Assembly (NCBI GenBank): GCA_017744355.1
Contig: JAGIBK010000008.1
Coordinates: 17,461 to 81,460 of the forward strand
Origin: a bacterium
Lineage (GTDB): Bacteria; Cyanobacteriota; Sericytochromatia; S15B-MN24; UBA4093
DNA length: 64,000 nt
Direction: 5' to 3'
Below the pieces are notes generated by a model. That model did not search any database, was not told where the DNA came from, and worked only from the letters and a program-made list of their open reading frames with translations. Below are positions 17,691 to 26,536 of this stretch, piece by piece (position 1 is the first letter of the stretch; the number at the start of each line of letters is the position of its first letter). A program made the translations under genes and the position numbers.

Positions 17691-18788
17691 ATGAAAGCCG
17701 TCTTTACTCGATCCTCCTTGCTCTTGGCGTTGGCCATGGTTGGCTGTGTCACCCCCACCCCTCTCTGGGATACACCGGCCGGCCATGTCGCCGAGCAGGA
17801 AACCGGGGCTCTCAAGGTCGAGCTCGGGGCGTTTCGCCCCAAGATCACGGTCAGCTCCTTCCAGGCCCAGGCGCTTCCCGTCGCGACGATCACCCAGGCG
17901 CGTCTTACGGTGCGCGGGCATGGGATCGCGACGCCCCTGGTCATGACCGTGCCGGTGAGCAACGGCATCGCGAGCGCCGAGATCCAGAACATTCCCGTTG
18001 GCCCCAACCGTCTCATCACGGCCGAAGGGCTCGATACGAACGGTAGTGTGGTGCCCGGGGCGCTGATCCGGGCGATCGCCACCGTGCAGCGAGGGGCGGG
18101 CATCGTTTCGCTCACCTGGCATTCGACCCCGGCCGGGAGCGTCGTGGAGCGCCTCCTGGAAAGCGATCTCGCAGCGGGCACGACGCTCGCAAGCTCGGTT
18201 TCCGCCAACGACTTGCAAGCGCTGGTCTTGCAGTTGTTGAGTTTGCAGCCGCCCCAGGTGGCGGGTGAGTGGCATCCGAGCTTGATCAAGGCGGAGGCGA
18301 TCGCCGCCCGGATCCGCGCGAGCAACGGGGCCATCCCTGCCGCCGAGCAGGCATTCATCGCGCAACCGGCCACCCTGCACCTCCAGATCAAGGGCCTCGC
18401 CGTGGGCCGCACCCTCAAGGCGCGGGTCAACGACCCGGCCTCGCGGATCCTGGTCGATCTCGGAAACGGCTCCTACCAGTTGCCGTCCATCACGCCGGGG
18501 ACCTGGACGATGGTCTTCGAGTCCCCCGACTTCGGGGTGGAGAGCGCCGAGGCGATCTTCGGCGAGGGGGCCTCGCGCAGCGTGGTCGTGGACTACTCGG
18601 GTAGCGAGCTGGCGACGGTGGACTTCGGTCCGGAGGCGACCGCCTCGGGTGGCGTTTCTTGGCCCACCCCCGCTCCTTCGCCTTGGCCTACCTCCACGCC
18701 CAGCCCCACACCTGCACCAACTTCGACCCCCGCCCCCACGCCTCTTGGCGACGCCTTCTACAACCTCCTCATCCGGTTTGATCAGTAG
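17691..18788 (+). CDS. lipoprotein with beta-sandwich regions and a Pro/Thr/Ser-rich tail
   Basis: Lipobox LALAMVGC. PT-rich WPTPAPSPWPTSTPSPTPAPTSTPAPTP near the C-terminus. GNGSYQLPSITPGTWTMVFES resembles a CarboxypepD_reg-like segment. Confidence 0.7.
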   Translation: MKAVFTRSSLLLALAMVGCVTPTPLWDTPAGHVAEQETGALKVELGAFRPKITVSSFQAQALPVATITQARLTVRGHGIATPLVMTVPVSNGIASAEIQNIPVGPNRLITAEGLDTNGSVVPGALIRAIATVQRGAGIVSLTWHSTPAGSVVERLLESDLAAGTTLASSVSANDLQALVLQLLSLQPPQVAGEWHPSLIKAEAIAARIRASNGAIPAAEQAFIAQPATLHLQIKGLAVGRTLKARVNDPASRILVDLGNGSYQLPSITPGTWTMVFESPDFGVESAEAIFGEGASRSVVVDYSGSELATVDFGPEATASGGVSWPTPAPSPWPTSTPSPTPAPTSTPAPTPLGDAFYNLLIRFDQ

Positions 18789-18807
18789 TCTTTAAGGAGC
18801 ACGAGAA

Positions 18808-20316
18808 ATGACCATGATGCGATACAAGTCCTGGGCGGGGATTGCCCTGAGCATGGCCCTGCTGACCGGATGCGTGGCGGCTCCGGCGCTGATCAAGACC
18901 CAGATGCCCACGGTCGTGGGCGAGACCTACGCCTACAACCCGAACCAGCCGGAATACCAGGAGATCATCCCGGTCGGCAAGGACGTGAGCATTCCCCAGG
19001 GCAAGGCGGCCATGACCCTGTTCGTCGTGATCCCGCAGAAGCAGCCCCCCAAGGACGAGCGCAACTCGCAGTACATCGAGTTCAGCAACATCCGCCGGGT
19101 GGACGTGACCATCACGGGTGAGAACATCGTCCATCCGGTGACGACCTCGATCAACGTCTCGAGTGGCGTCTCGGCGGCGGGCACCGTGGTGCTCCCGGCG
19201 GGCCGCAACCAGATCATCACGGCGGTGGGCAGGGATGGCAACGGCAATGTCATCTCGACGGTCAAGGGCGTGGCGACGAGCATAGCCGGTCAGGTCGTGA
19301 ACGCTGAGGCCAAGTTTGGTACCACTCCGTTGGCTGAGGTGATGGGGGCCCTGAGTCCCTCGGTAGCACCCACCGTCAACATGGCGGCCATCAGCGGGGT
19401 GATCAACCCCATCCTGAACCCCACCACCAACAACGGGGTGGTGACCTACGCGACCCACCCGACCTTCGTGAACCCGACGCCCATCGTGAACGCGATCAAC
19501 GCCCTCATCACGAACGGGGTCCAGCCGGGCGCCATCACGACGGGCACCATCCTGGACCAACTCGGTGGTGCGCAGCCCATCTACACGCCGAGCATGGTGA
19601 CGGTGCGCTTGCTGGATCCGCAGGGGCAGGTCTACCCCCTGCCCAGCACGAATGCCATTAATGCGAATGCGGAAGATCGGGACGGGGATGGGCTCGCGGA
19701 CGGCTCGAATTTTTCGTCGGGCCGTTACTATGGCTACATCGGTAGCATCACGCTCTCAGATCCCCTCTCTTCGGAGAATCGATATTTTGACAGCGGCCAG
19801 TCCCAGACCAGCATCGGCAACATCGCTCCAGGAACCTATCAGTTGACCTATTATAGTGACAGGGTGTCGTCGAAGCCGTGGATCGTCCTGCCTTACCAGA
19901 AAACGGCCACCGTGAGCGTGGCGGCGGGCAGTAACCAGACGGTCGATATCCGCCTGGTGGACGTCTCGAAGCCGGTCTCGGTCGAGGCGACAGGGAGCTT
20001 CAGCAGCCGAGCTGATTATGGGGCCTATGAGTGGCATCGCTTCTCGACAGCGCCAAACCTGGTCTACCGCATCAGCTACGACGCCACACAGTCGGGATGG
20101 TATGGCAGCCCGAAGACCATGATGATCTTCGATCAGAGCGGGGCTCAGCTGTTCCAGAGCCCCGGTGACGCGACGGGCTCCTATACCTTCGCCTCGGCTG
20201 CGAGCAACAGCCTCTACGTCTACACTTTCTTCGGTGACACCCGGGTGGATGTGACGACCGAAACCCTGGGGGCCAGCCAGTCCCTTTACAACACGACTAT
20301 CCAATACGGTCAGTAA
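18808..20316 (+). CDS. lipoprotein, paralogous N-terminal module, PPC-like C-terminal domain
   Basis: Lipobox MALLTGC. RBS TAAGGAG. LPAGRNQIITAVGRDGNGNV parallels IPVGPNRLITAEGLDTNGSV in the upstream gene. The C-terminal segment resembles a pre-peptidase C-terminal domain. Confidence 0.7.
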   Translation: MTMMRYKSWAGIALSMALLTGCVAAPALIKTQMPTVVGETYAYNPNQPEYQEIIPVGKDVSIPQGKAAMTLFVVIPQKQPPKDERNSQYIEFSNIRRVDVTITGENIVHPVTTSINVSSGVSAAGTVVLPAGRNQIITAVGRDGNGNVISTVKGVATSIAGQVVNAEAKFGTTPLAEVMGALSPSVAPTVNMAAISGVINPILNPTTNNGVVTYATHPTFVNPTPIVNAINALITNGVQPGAITTGTILDQLGGAQPIYTPSMVTVRLLDPQGQVYPLPSTNAINANAEDRDGDGLADGSNFSSGRYYGYIGSITLSDPLSSENRYFDSGQSQTSIGNIAPGTYQLTYYSDRVSSKPWIVLPYQKTATVSVAAGSNQTVDIRLVDVSKPVSVEATGSFSSRADYGAYEWHRFSTAPNLVYRISYDATQSGWYGSPKTMMIFDQSGAQLFQSPGDATGSYTFASAASNSLYVYTFFGDTRVDVTTETLGASQSLYNTTIQYGQ

Positions 20317-20324
20317 TCACTTTA

Positions 20325-20372
20325 AGCAAGGCAAGGGCGGATCCTCAAACGGGGATCCGCCCTTGCCTTGCT
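20325..20372 (+). terminator. long hairpin after the lipoprotein pair
   Basis: 20-bp perfect stem AGCAAGGCAAGGGCGGATCC / GGATCCGCCCTTGCCTTGCT. No clear T run. Confidence 0.5.
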
Positions 20373-20385
20373 CCTTATCACCCCA

Positions 20386-20427
20386 TGAAAAACGAGCGGG
20401 CGGTCCGATTCGGACCGCCCGCTCGTT
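20386..20427 (-). terminator. intrinsic terminator of the S8 protease gene
   Basis: 17-bp perfect stem AACGAGCGGGCGGTCCG / CGGACCGCCCGCTCGTT, followed on the minus strand by TTTTTC. Confidence 0.75.
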
Positions 20428-20439
20428 AGACGTTGATGC

Positions 20440-21681
20440 TTACTTCGAGACGGCCTGGAAGGCGTCGATGCGGCCGTTGCCGAAGTACTTGTCGTAGCCC
20501 TTGTCGCCGAGATCGGCGGTGCTGGCTTCGACGATCTTCTTGACCTCGGCGGGCGCCATGCCGGGGTGCTGGCTGCGGATCAGGCCGCAGAGACCGGCGA
20601 CCAGGGGAGCCGCCATCGAGGTGCCCGAGAGGCTCGCGTAGCCGTCCTTGCCGCCGCCGATGGTGACGGGGTAGCTGGGGAAGGTCGAGAGGATGTCGCT
20701 GCCGGGGGCCGAGACGCTCATCCAGTTGCCGAAGTTCGAGAAGTTGGAACGGGCATCGCCCTTGGCGGTCGAGCCCACGGCGATGACGCCGGGGAAAGCA
20801 GCGGGGAAGCGCTTGCGCTCGATGTTGTTGTTGCCCATGGTGGCCACGACGACGACCTTCTTCTCGAGGGCATAGGCGACGGCCTTGCCGAGGGTCTCGT
20901 TCTCGTCGTAGAAGCCGAGGCTCATGTTGATGACGTCGGCGCCGTGGTCGACGGCCCAGATGATGCCGTCAGCGACCGAGCCGGCCGAGCCGGTGCCGTC
21001 ACCCAGCACCTTGACGGGCATGATCTTGCTGTTGGCAGCGAGGCCCGCGATGCCGAGGCCGTTGTTGGTCGAGGCGGCGGCGATGCCCGCCACGTGGGTG
21101 CCGTGGCCCACGTCATCCTTGGGAGCCTGGCCGGGGGTCACCGAGTTGTAGCCGGGGACCAGCTTGCCCTTGAGGTCGGGGTGATCGAGGTCGAGACCCG
21201 AGTCGACGATGGCGATGGTGACCTTCTCGCTGCCCATGGTCTTATCCCAGGCGGCGTTCGCGTTCACGGTGTCGAGGGCGTACTGCTGGCCGCGCGAGGG
21301 GTCGTTGACCTTGACCTCGTCCATCATCAGAGCGCGGTCGAGCTCGGCGTGAGCGACCGATGCGTCACGGCGAAGCTTCGCGACGAAGGCCTCGGGATCC
21401 CCCGAGATGGTGACGACGGCCGAGCCGATCGACGAGAGCGAGCGCTTGACCTTGACGCCGTTGCGGCGCTCGAAAGCCGAGAAGTCGGCCGTGCGGGTCT
21501 TGAAGGAGACGAGGACCTGCTTCTTGGAGACGCCGTCGGCCCGGAATTCCTCGGGGTTGAGGCGCATGGGGTTCTGGACGGTCGAGGTCTTGGTGATCGC
21601 GTCACCGCCGAAGCCGCAGCCCGTCAGGCCCATGGTGACCGAGGTGATGCCGAGCAGGGCGATGAGAAGCTTCTTTTGCAC
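20440..21681 (-). CDS. subtilisin-family (S8) serine protease, lipoprotein-type signal
   Basis: Catalytic triad motifs IAIVDSGLD, HGTHVAGIAA, GTSMAAPLVAG. GTG 21681 lies 6 nt after GAAGGAG. Signal reads LLGITSVTMGLTGC. Confidence 0.9.
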   Translation of the reverse strand: MQKKLLIALLGITSVTMGLTGCGFGGDAITKTSTVQNPMRLNPEEFRADGVSKKQVLVSFKTRTADFSAFERRNGVKVKRSLSSIGSAVVTISGDPEAFVAKLRRDASVAHAELDRALMMDEVKVNDPSRGQQYALDTVNANAAWDKTMGSEKVTIAIVDSGLDLDHPDLKGKLVPGYNSVTPGQAPKDDVGHGTHVAGIAAASTNNGLGIAGLAANSKIMPVKVLGDGTGSAGSVADGIIWAVDHGADVINMSLGFYDENETLGKAVAYALEKKVVVVATMGNNNIERKRFPAAFPGVIAVGSTAKGDARSNFSNFGNWMSVSAPGSDILSTFPSYPVTIGGGKDGYASLSGTSMAAPLVAGLCGLIRSQHPGMAPAEVKKIVEASTADLGDKGYDKYFGNGRIDAFQAVSK

Positions 21682-21830
21682 GTCGACTCCTTCACGAGAT
21701 AACAAGCGAGAGCGGGTGGGGCGGGCTACGCCCTGGTTGGTTAAGTTATAGGGTTAAGGTGATTTAATCTTGCGTTAAATTTCAAATAATTTCCAGCGAT
21801 CGCGCCAGGGGCCGCACGGCAGCTCTCGCC

Positions 21831-21859
21831 TTGCTGTGAATGCCGTGCGATCGTACAAT
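21831..21859 (+). promoter_or_regulatory. candidate sigma-70 promoter of the hut array
   Basis: TTGCTG (21831-21836), 17 nt spacer, TACAAT (21854-21859), about 35 nt upstream of the hutU ATG. Confidence 0.5.
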
Positions 21860-21893
21860 GGCCCTGCTTTCCTAACATGTGAGGTGCCCTTTC

Positions 21894-23603
21894 ATGTCGA
21901 CCGCCACGCCGACCCAGTCCCCCGAGCTCGCCGATCTGCTCGCGGGCAAGACGCGCATCCCCCTCCGCGCCCCGCGCGGCACCCAGCTCAACTGCAAGGG
22001 CTGGGTCCAGGAGGCCGCCCTGCGGATGATGCTCAACAACCTCGATCCCGAGGTGGCCGAGCATCCCGATGAGCTGGTGGTCTACGGCGGATCCGGCAAG
22101 GCGGCCCGCAACTGGGAGAGCCTGCGTGCCATCGCCCGCACCCTCATGACCCTCGAGAACGACGAGACCCTCTTGGTCCAGTCCGGCAAGCCGGTCGGCG
22201 TCTTCCGCTCCCACGCGGACGCTCCCCGGGTGCTGCTCGCCAACTCCAACCTGGTGCCCGCCTGGGGCAACTGGGAGCACTTCCGCAAGCTCGAGGCCGA
22301 GGGCCTCATGATGTTCGGGCAGATGACCGCGGGCAGCTGGATCTACATCGGCACCCAGGGCATCCTCCAGGGCACCTACGAGACCTTCGCGGCCTTGGCG
22401 CGCAAGCACTTCGGCGGCACCCTCAAGGGCAAGCTGACCGTCACTGCGGGCCTCGGCGGCATGGGCGGCGCCCAGCCTCTTTCGGTCACCATGAACGAAG
22501 GCGTGGTCATCGCCGTCGAGATCGATCCCACCCGCATCCAGCGCCGCATCGAGAAGGGCTACTGCGAGATGGTCGCCGAGTCCGTCGAGGAGGCGCTCGA
22601 CCAGGCCCGCGGCGCCATGGAGGCGGGCATCCCCCGCTCCATCGCCCTCCTCGGCAACATCGCCGAGGTCCTTCCCAAGCTCCTCAAGCTGGGCGTCGTC
22701 CCCGACGTGGTGACCGACCAGACCTCGGCCCACGACCCGCTCACCGGCTACATCCCCGTCGGCCACACGTTGGAGACCGCAGCCGCCCTGCGCGCCAAGG
22801 ACCCCGAGGCCTACATGGAGCAGGCCCGCGAGTCCATGGCGATCCACGTGCGCGCGATCCTCGAACTCCAGAAGAAGGGCGCCATCGCCTTCGACTACGG
22901 CAACAACCTGCGTCAGGTAGCCAAGGACCGCGGCGTCTCGAACGCCTTCGACTACCCCGGCTTCGTGCCCGCCTACATCCGTCCCCTGTTCTGCGAGGGC
23001 AAGGGCCCCTTCCGCTGGGCGGCGCTTTCGGGCGATCCCGCGGACATCGCGCGGATCGACGCGCTCATCCTCGAGGAGTTCGCCGACAACGAGGCGCTCT
23101 GCCGCTGGATCAAGCTCGCCGGCGAACAGGTGCAGTTCCAGGGCCTGCCCGCCCGCATCTGCTGGCTGGGCTACGGCGATCGCGCCCGCCTCGGCCGTCG
23201 CATCAACGACCTGGTCGCCGCGGGCGAGGTCTCGGCCCCCATCGTCATCGGCCGTGACCACCTGGACTGCGGCTCGGTGGCGAGCCCCAACCGCGAGACC
23301 GAGGCCATGCTGGACGGCACCGACGCCGTGTCGGACTGGGTCTTCCTCAACGCCATGATCAACTCGGTGGGCGGCGCCAGCTGGGTCAGCCTGCACCACG
23401 GCGGCGGGGTCGGCATCGGCTACTCGCAGCACGCGGGCATGGTCATCGTCGCCGACGGCACCCCCGAGGCCGACGCGCGTCTCAGCCGCGTTCTGACCTC
23501 GGATCCCGGCATGGGCGTCATCCGCCATGCGGATGCGGGCTATCCTGAAGCGATCGCCTGCGCCGAAGCCAAGGGCGTGCGCCTGCCCATGCGGGAGGCC
23601 TAA
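21894..23603 (+). CDS. hutU: urocanate hydratase
   Basis: [31 protein letters not shown]...[14 protein letters not shown] 21894 after GAGGTG. Confidence 0.95.
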   Translation: MSTATPTQSPELADLLAGKTRIPLRAPRGTQLNCKGWVQEAALRMMLNNLDPEVAEHPDELVVYGGSGKAARNWESLRAIARTLMTLENDETLLVQSGKPVGVFRSHADAPRVLLANSNLVPAWGNWEHFRKLEAEGLMMFGQMTAGSWIYIGTQGILQGTYETFAALARKHFGGTLKGKLTVTAGLGGMGGAQPLSVTMNEGVVIAVEIDPTRIQRRIEKGYCEMVAESVEEALDQARGAMEAGIPRSIALLGNIAEVLPKLLKLGVVPDVVTDQTSAHDPLTGYIPVGHTLETAAALRAKDPEAYMEQARESMAIHVRAILELQKKGAIAFDYGNNLRQVAKDRGVSNAFDYPGFVPAYIRPLFCEGKGPFRWAALSGDPADIARIDALILEEFADNEALCRWIKLAGEQVQFQGLPARICWLGYGDRARLGRRINDLVAAGEVSAPIVIGRDHLDCGSVASPNRETEAMLDGTDAVSDWVFLNAMINSVGGASWVSLHHGGGVGIGYSQHAGMVIVADGTPEADARLSRVLTSDPGMGVIRHADAGYPEAIACAEAKGVRLPMREA

Positions 23604-23604
23604 G

Positions 23605-24912
23605 GTGAGAGACGCTTCCACCTTCCACGCGGACCTGGTCGTCCGCAACGCGGCTCAGCTGGTCACCATCTCGGGCAGCGGCCGTCCCCGCAGCGGCCAT
23701 CAGCAGGGCCACCTCGCGATCATCCCCGACGGGGCGGTTGCGATCGCTGACGGTGAGATCATCGCCGTCGGCACCACCGACGAGGTCATGACCAGCGGCG
23801 CGGTCGACGCGGACACCGCCGAGATGGACGCCCGCGGCTGCGTCGTCACCCCCGGTTTGATCGACTCGCATACCCACCTGGTCTTCGGCGGCAGCCGCGA
23901 GCGCGAGTTCGAGCTGCGCGCCCGGGGCGCCACCTACGCCGAGATCATGGCGGCGGGCGGCGGCATCTACTCGACGGTGAAGAAGACCCGCGAGGCCTCC
24001 GCCGATACCCTCTACCGCAAGGCCGAGCGTCACCTCGCGACCATGCTCGCTTACGGCACGACCACCGTCGAGGCCAAGAGCGGCTACGGCCTCGACTTCG
24101 ACACCGAGCTCAAGCAGCTCGAGGTGCTCGAGAAGCTCAACCGCCACCAGCCCATCGACGTGGTGCCGACCTTCATGGGGGCCCACGCGGTGCCCGAGGG
24201 CGAGGACGCCGACGCCTACGTCGACTGGCTCTGCACCGAGGCCATCCCCCGCATCGCCATCCGCGGCCTGGCGCGCTTCTGCGACGTGTTCTGCGAGAAG
24301 GGGGTCTTCACCCCCGAGCAGACCGCCAAGATCCTGCGCGCCGCCCAGCGCCAGAACCTCGGGGCCAAGCTGCACGCCGACGAGCTGTGCGACACCGGCG
24401 GGGCCATGCTCGCCGCCGAGCTGGGCGCCGTCTCGGCCGACCACCTCCACTGCGCCAACGAGGAAGGCCTCGCCGCCATGGCCAAGAAGGGGGTCGTTGC
24501 GACCCTCCTGCCCGGCACGGCGGTCTTCCTCGGCATGCGCGAGCACGCCAAGGCCCGCCGCATGGTCGAGCTGGGCGTGCCCGTGGCGCTCGCGACCGAC
24601 TTCAACCCCGGCTCGTGCTACAGCGAGTCCATGAGCCTGATGATGTCGTTCGCTTGCACCCAGCTCAAGCTGACCCCCGCCGAGGCCCTGGTCGCTGCGA
24701 CCATCAACGCGGCCCACGCCGTTTCGCGCGGCCACCACGTCGGCAGCCTGGAAGTCGGCAAGCTGGGCGACCTGGTCCTCTGGGACGCCGACGACTACCG
24801 GATGATCCCCTACCACATGGGCGTGAACCTCGTGAAGACGGTCGTCAAGCGCGGCAAGGTCGTCCACCGCGCCGGCGGCATGCCCTCCAAGACTGTTGCG
24901 CAGGAAGTCTAG
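23605..24912 (+). CDS. hutI: imidazolonepropionase
   Basis: GTG 23605, 1 nt after the hutU stop, with GGGAGG upstream. GLIDSHTHLVFGGSR, KLHADEL, ATDFNPGS. Confidence 0.95.
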   Translation: MRDASTFHADLVVRNAAQLVTISGSGRPRSGHQQGHLAIIPDGAVAIADGEIIAVGTTDEVMTSGAVDADTAEMDARGCVVTPGLIDSHTHLVFGGSREREFELRARGATYAEIMAAGGGIYSTVKKTREASADTLYRKAERHLATMLAYGTTTVEAKSGYGLDFDTELKQLEVLEKLNRHQPIDVVPTFMGAHAVPEGEDADAYVDWLCTEAIPRIAIRGLARFCDVFCEKGVFTPEQTAKILRAAQRQNLGAKLHADELCDTGGAMLAAELGAVSADHLHCANEEGLAAMAKKGVVATLLPGTAVFLGMREHAKARRMVELGVPVALATDFNPGSCYSESMSLMMSFACTQLKLTPAEALVAATINAAHAVSRGHHVGSLEVGKLGDLVLWDADDYRMIPYHMGVNLVKTVVKRGKVVHRAGGMPSKTVAQEV

Positions 24913-24933
24913 AAAGAAAGGTTGCCAGTTTCA

Positions 24934-25869
24934 ATGTCGAAGCTGATCGAATGCGTCCCCAACTTCAGCGAAGGCCGTCGCCCCGAGGTGATCGAGGCCG
25001 TCTGCCAGTCGGTCTCGAACGTGCCCGGCGTGATCCTGCTCGACAAGTCGAGCGACTACGACCACAACCGCACGGTGCTGACCCTGGTCGGCTCCCCTGA
25101 CGGCCTCAAGACCGCTGTCCTCGCCCTCTACGAAGCGGCGCTCAAGCACATCGACCTGCGCGAGCACCAGGGCGAGCACCCCCGCATGGGCGCGGTGGAC
25201 GTGGTGCCCTTCATTCCCATCCGCAACGCCTCGATGGAGGACTGCGTGGCCCTCTCCAAGGAGGTCGCCGCCCTGGTCGCCGAGCGCTTCGACGTGCCCG
25301 TCTTCCTCTACGCCGAGGCCGCCTCGGATCCCGGTCGCAAGGTGCTCGCCGCCATCCGCAAGGGTGAGTTCGAGGGCATGGCCGAGAAGATGCAGGATCC
25401 GGCCTGGAAGCCCGACTTCGGTCCCCACGCGCCCCACGCCAGCGCCGGCGTTTCGGCCATCGGGGCTCGCTTCTTCCTGGTCGCCTACAACCTCCAGCTC
25501 GACACGCCCGACCTCAAGGTCGCCCAGGCGATCGCCAAGGCCGTGCGCGCCAGCTCCGGCGGCCTGATGAACGTCCAGGGCATGGGCGTCTTCCTCGCGG
25601 ACCGCAACCAGGCCCAGGTCTCCATGAACCTCCTCAACTACGAGAAGACCCCGATCCACCGCGTGCAGGAGCTGGTCAAGGCCGAGGCCGCCCGCTACGG
25701 CGCCCGGGTCATGAGCGCCGAGATCGTCGGTCTCATCCCCCAGGCCGCCCTCCTGGAAGCCGCCGCCTACTACTTGCAGGTGGAGAACTGGAACCCCAAC
25801 CTCGTGCTGGAGAATGCCATGCTCGACAAGGCCAGCCAGCAGTCGAACGGAGCGATCGCCCATGTCTAA
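24934..25869 (+). CDS. ftcD: glutamate formimidoyltransferase (FTCD transferase domain as a separate gene)
   Basis: MSKLIECVPNFSEGRRPEVIEAV...DYDHNRTV...HPRMGAVDVVPFIP. Confidence 0.9.
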   Translation: MSKLIECVPNFSEGRRPEVIEAVCQSVSNVPGVILLDKSSDYDHNRTVLTLVGSPDGLKTAVLALYEAALKHIDLREHQGEHPRMGAVDVVPFIPIRNASMEDCVALSKEVAALVAERFDVPVFLYAEAASDPGRKVLAAIRKGEFEGMAEKMQDPAWKPDFGPHAPHASAGVSAIGARFFLVAYNLQLDTPDLKVAQAIAKAVRASSGGLMNVQGMGVFLADRNQAQVSMNLLNYEKTPIHRVQELVKAEAARYGARVMSAEIVGLIPQAALLEAAAYYLQVENWNPNLVLENAMLDKASQQSNGAIAHV

Positions 25870-26521
25870 CGCCCTCAGCGCCAAGCCCCTCGTCGAGCTT
25901 CCCGTCAACGACTTCCTGCGCCGCCTCGCCGGCTCGGATCCCACCCCCGGCGGCGGCAGCGCCTCGGCCCTGGCGGGTGCGGTCGCGGCCTCGCTGGTCA
26001 CCATGGTCGGCGGCCTGACCACCGGCCGCGCGGGCTTCGAAGAAGTCGCCGAGACCATCGAGATCATGGTCGAGCAGGGTCACCAGATCGCCACGGTCCT
26101 GACCGCGGCGGTGGACCGCGACGCGGCCGCCTACGACCAGGTGACGGCGGCCTTCAAGCTCCCCAAGGCCACCGACGAGGAAAAGGCCGCTCGCTCGGCC
26201 GCCATTCAGGCGGCCATGACCCATGCGGCCGACGTGCCCTTCGAAGTGGCCGAGGAGTGCCTGGCCGCTGCGGAGCTCGCCATGATCGCCCTCGAGAAGG
26301 GCAACCCCAACGCCACCTCCGACGCGTCGGTGGCCCTCCTGCAGGCCCTGACCGGCCTCGAGGGCGCGGTCCTCAACGTCGCCATCAACCTGGACTCGAT
26401 CAAGGACGCGACCTACGTGACCGAGAAGAAGGCCGAGCTCAAGCGCCTCATGACGCGCGCCGACGAGCTTCGCGCCGCCAACTGGCAGATCGTCCGCGGC
26501 CGTTTCCAGGCCCTGTCCTAA
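25862..26521 (+). CDS. formimidoyltetrahydrofolate cyclodeaminase / cyclohydrolase-family protein
   Basis: ATG overlaps the end of the previous gene by 8 nt. FLRRLAGSDPTPGGGSASALAGAVAASLVTMV is the typical cyclodeaminase N-terminus. Confidence 0.8.
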   Translation: MSNALSAKPLVELPVNDFLRRLAGSDPTPGGGSASALAGAVAASLVTMVGGLTTGRAGFEEVAETIEIMVEQGHQIATVLTAAVDRDAAAYDQVTAAFKLPKATDEEKAARSAAIQAAMTHAADVPFEVAEECLAAAELAMIALEKGNPNATSDASVALLQALTGLEGAVLNVAINLDSIKDATYVTEKKAELKRLMTRADELRAANWQIVRGRFQALS

Positions 26522-26536
26522 GAATCAGAGGATCCC

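Noticed and set aside
21741-23648. 635-aa - strand ORF
   Set aside because: It is antisense to hutU and has no motifs. The same applies to the long antisense ORFs over hutI, hutH, mnmE, cysS, MCP, ftsH and others (for example 23518..24867, 27395..28144, 11817..12827, 41772..42920, 57820..59655, 54026..56080).
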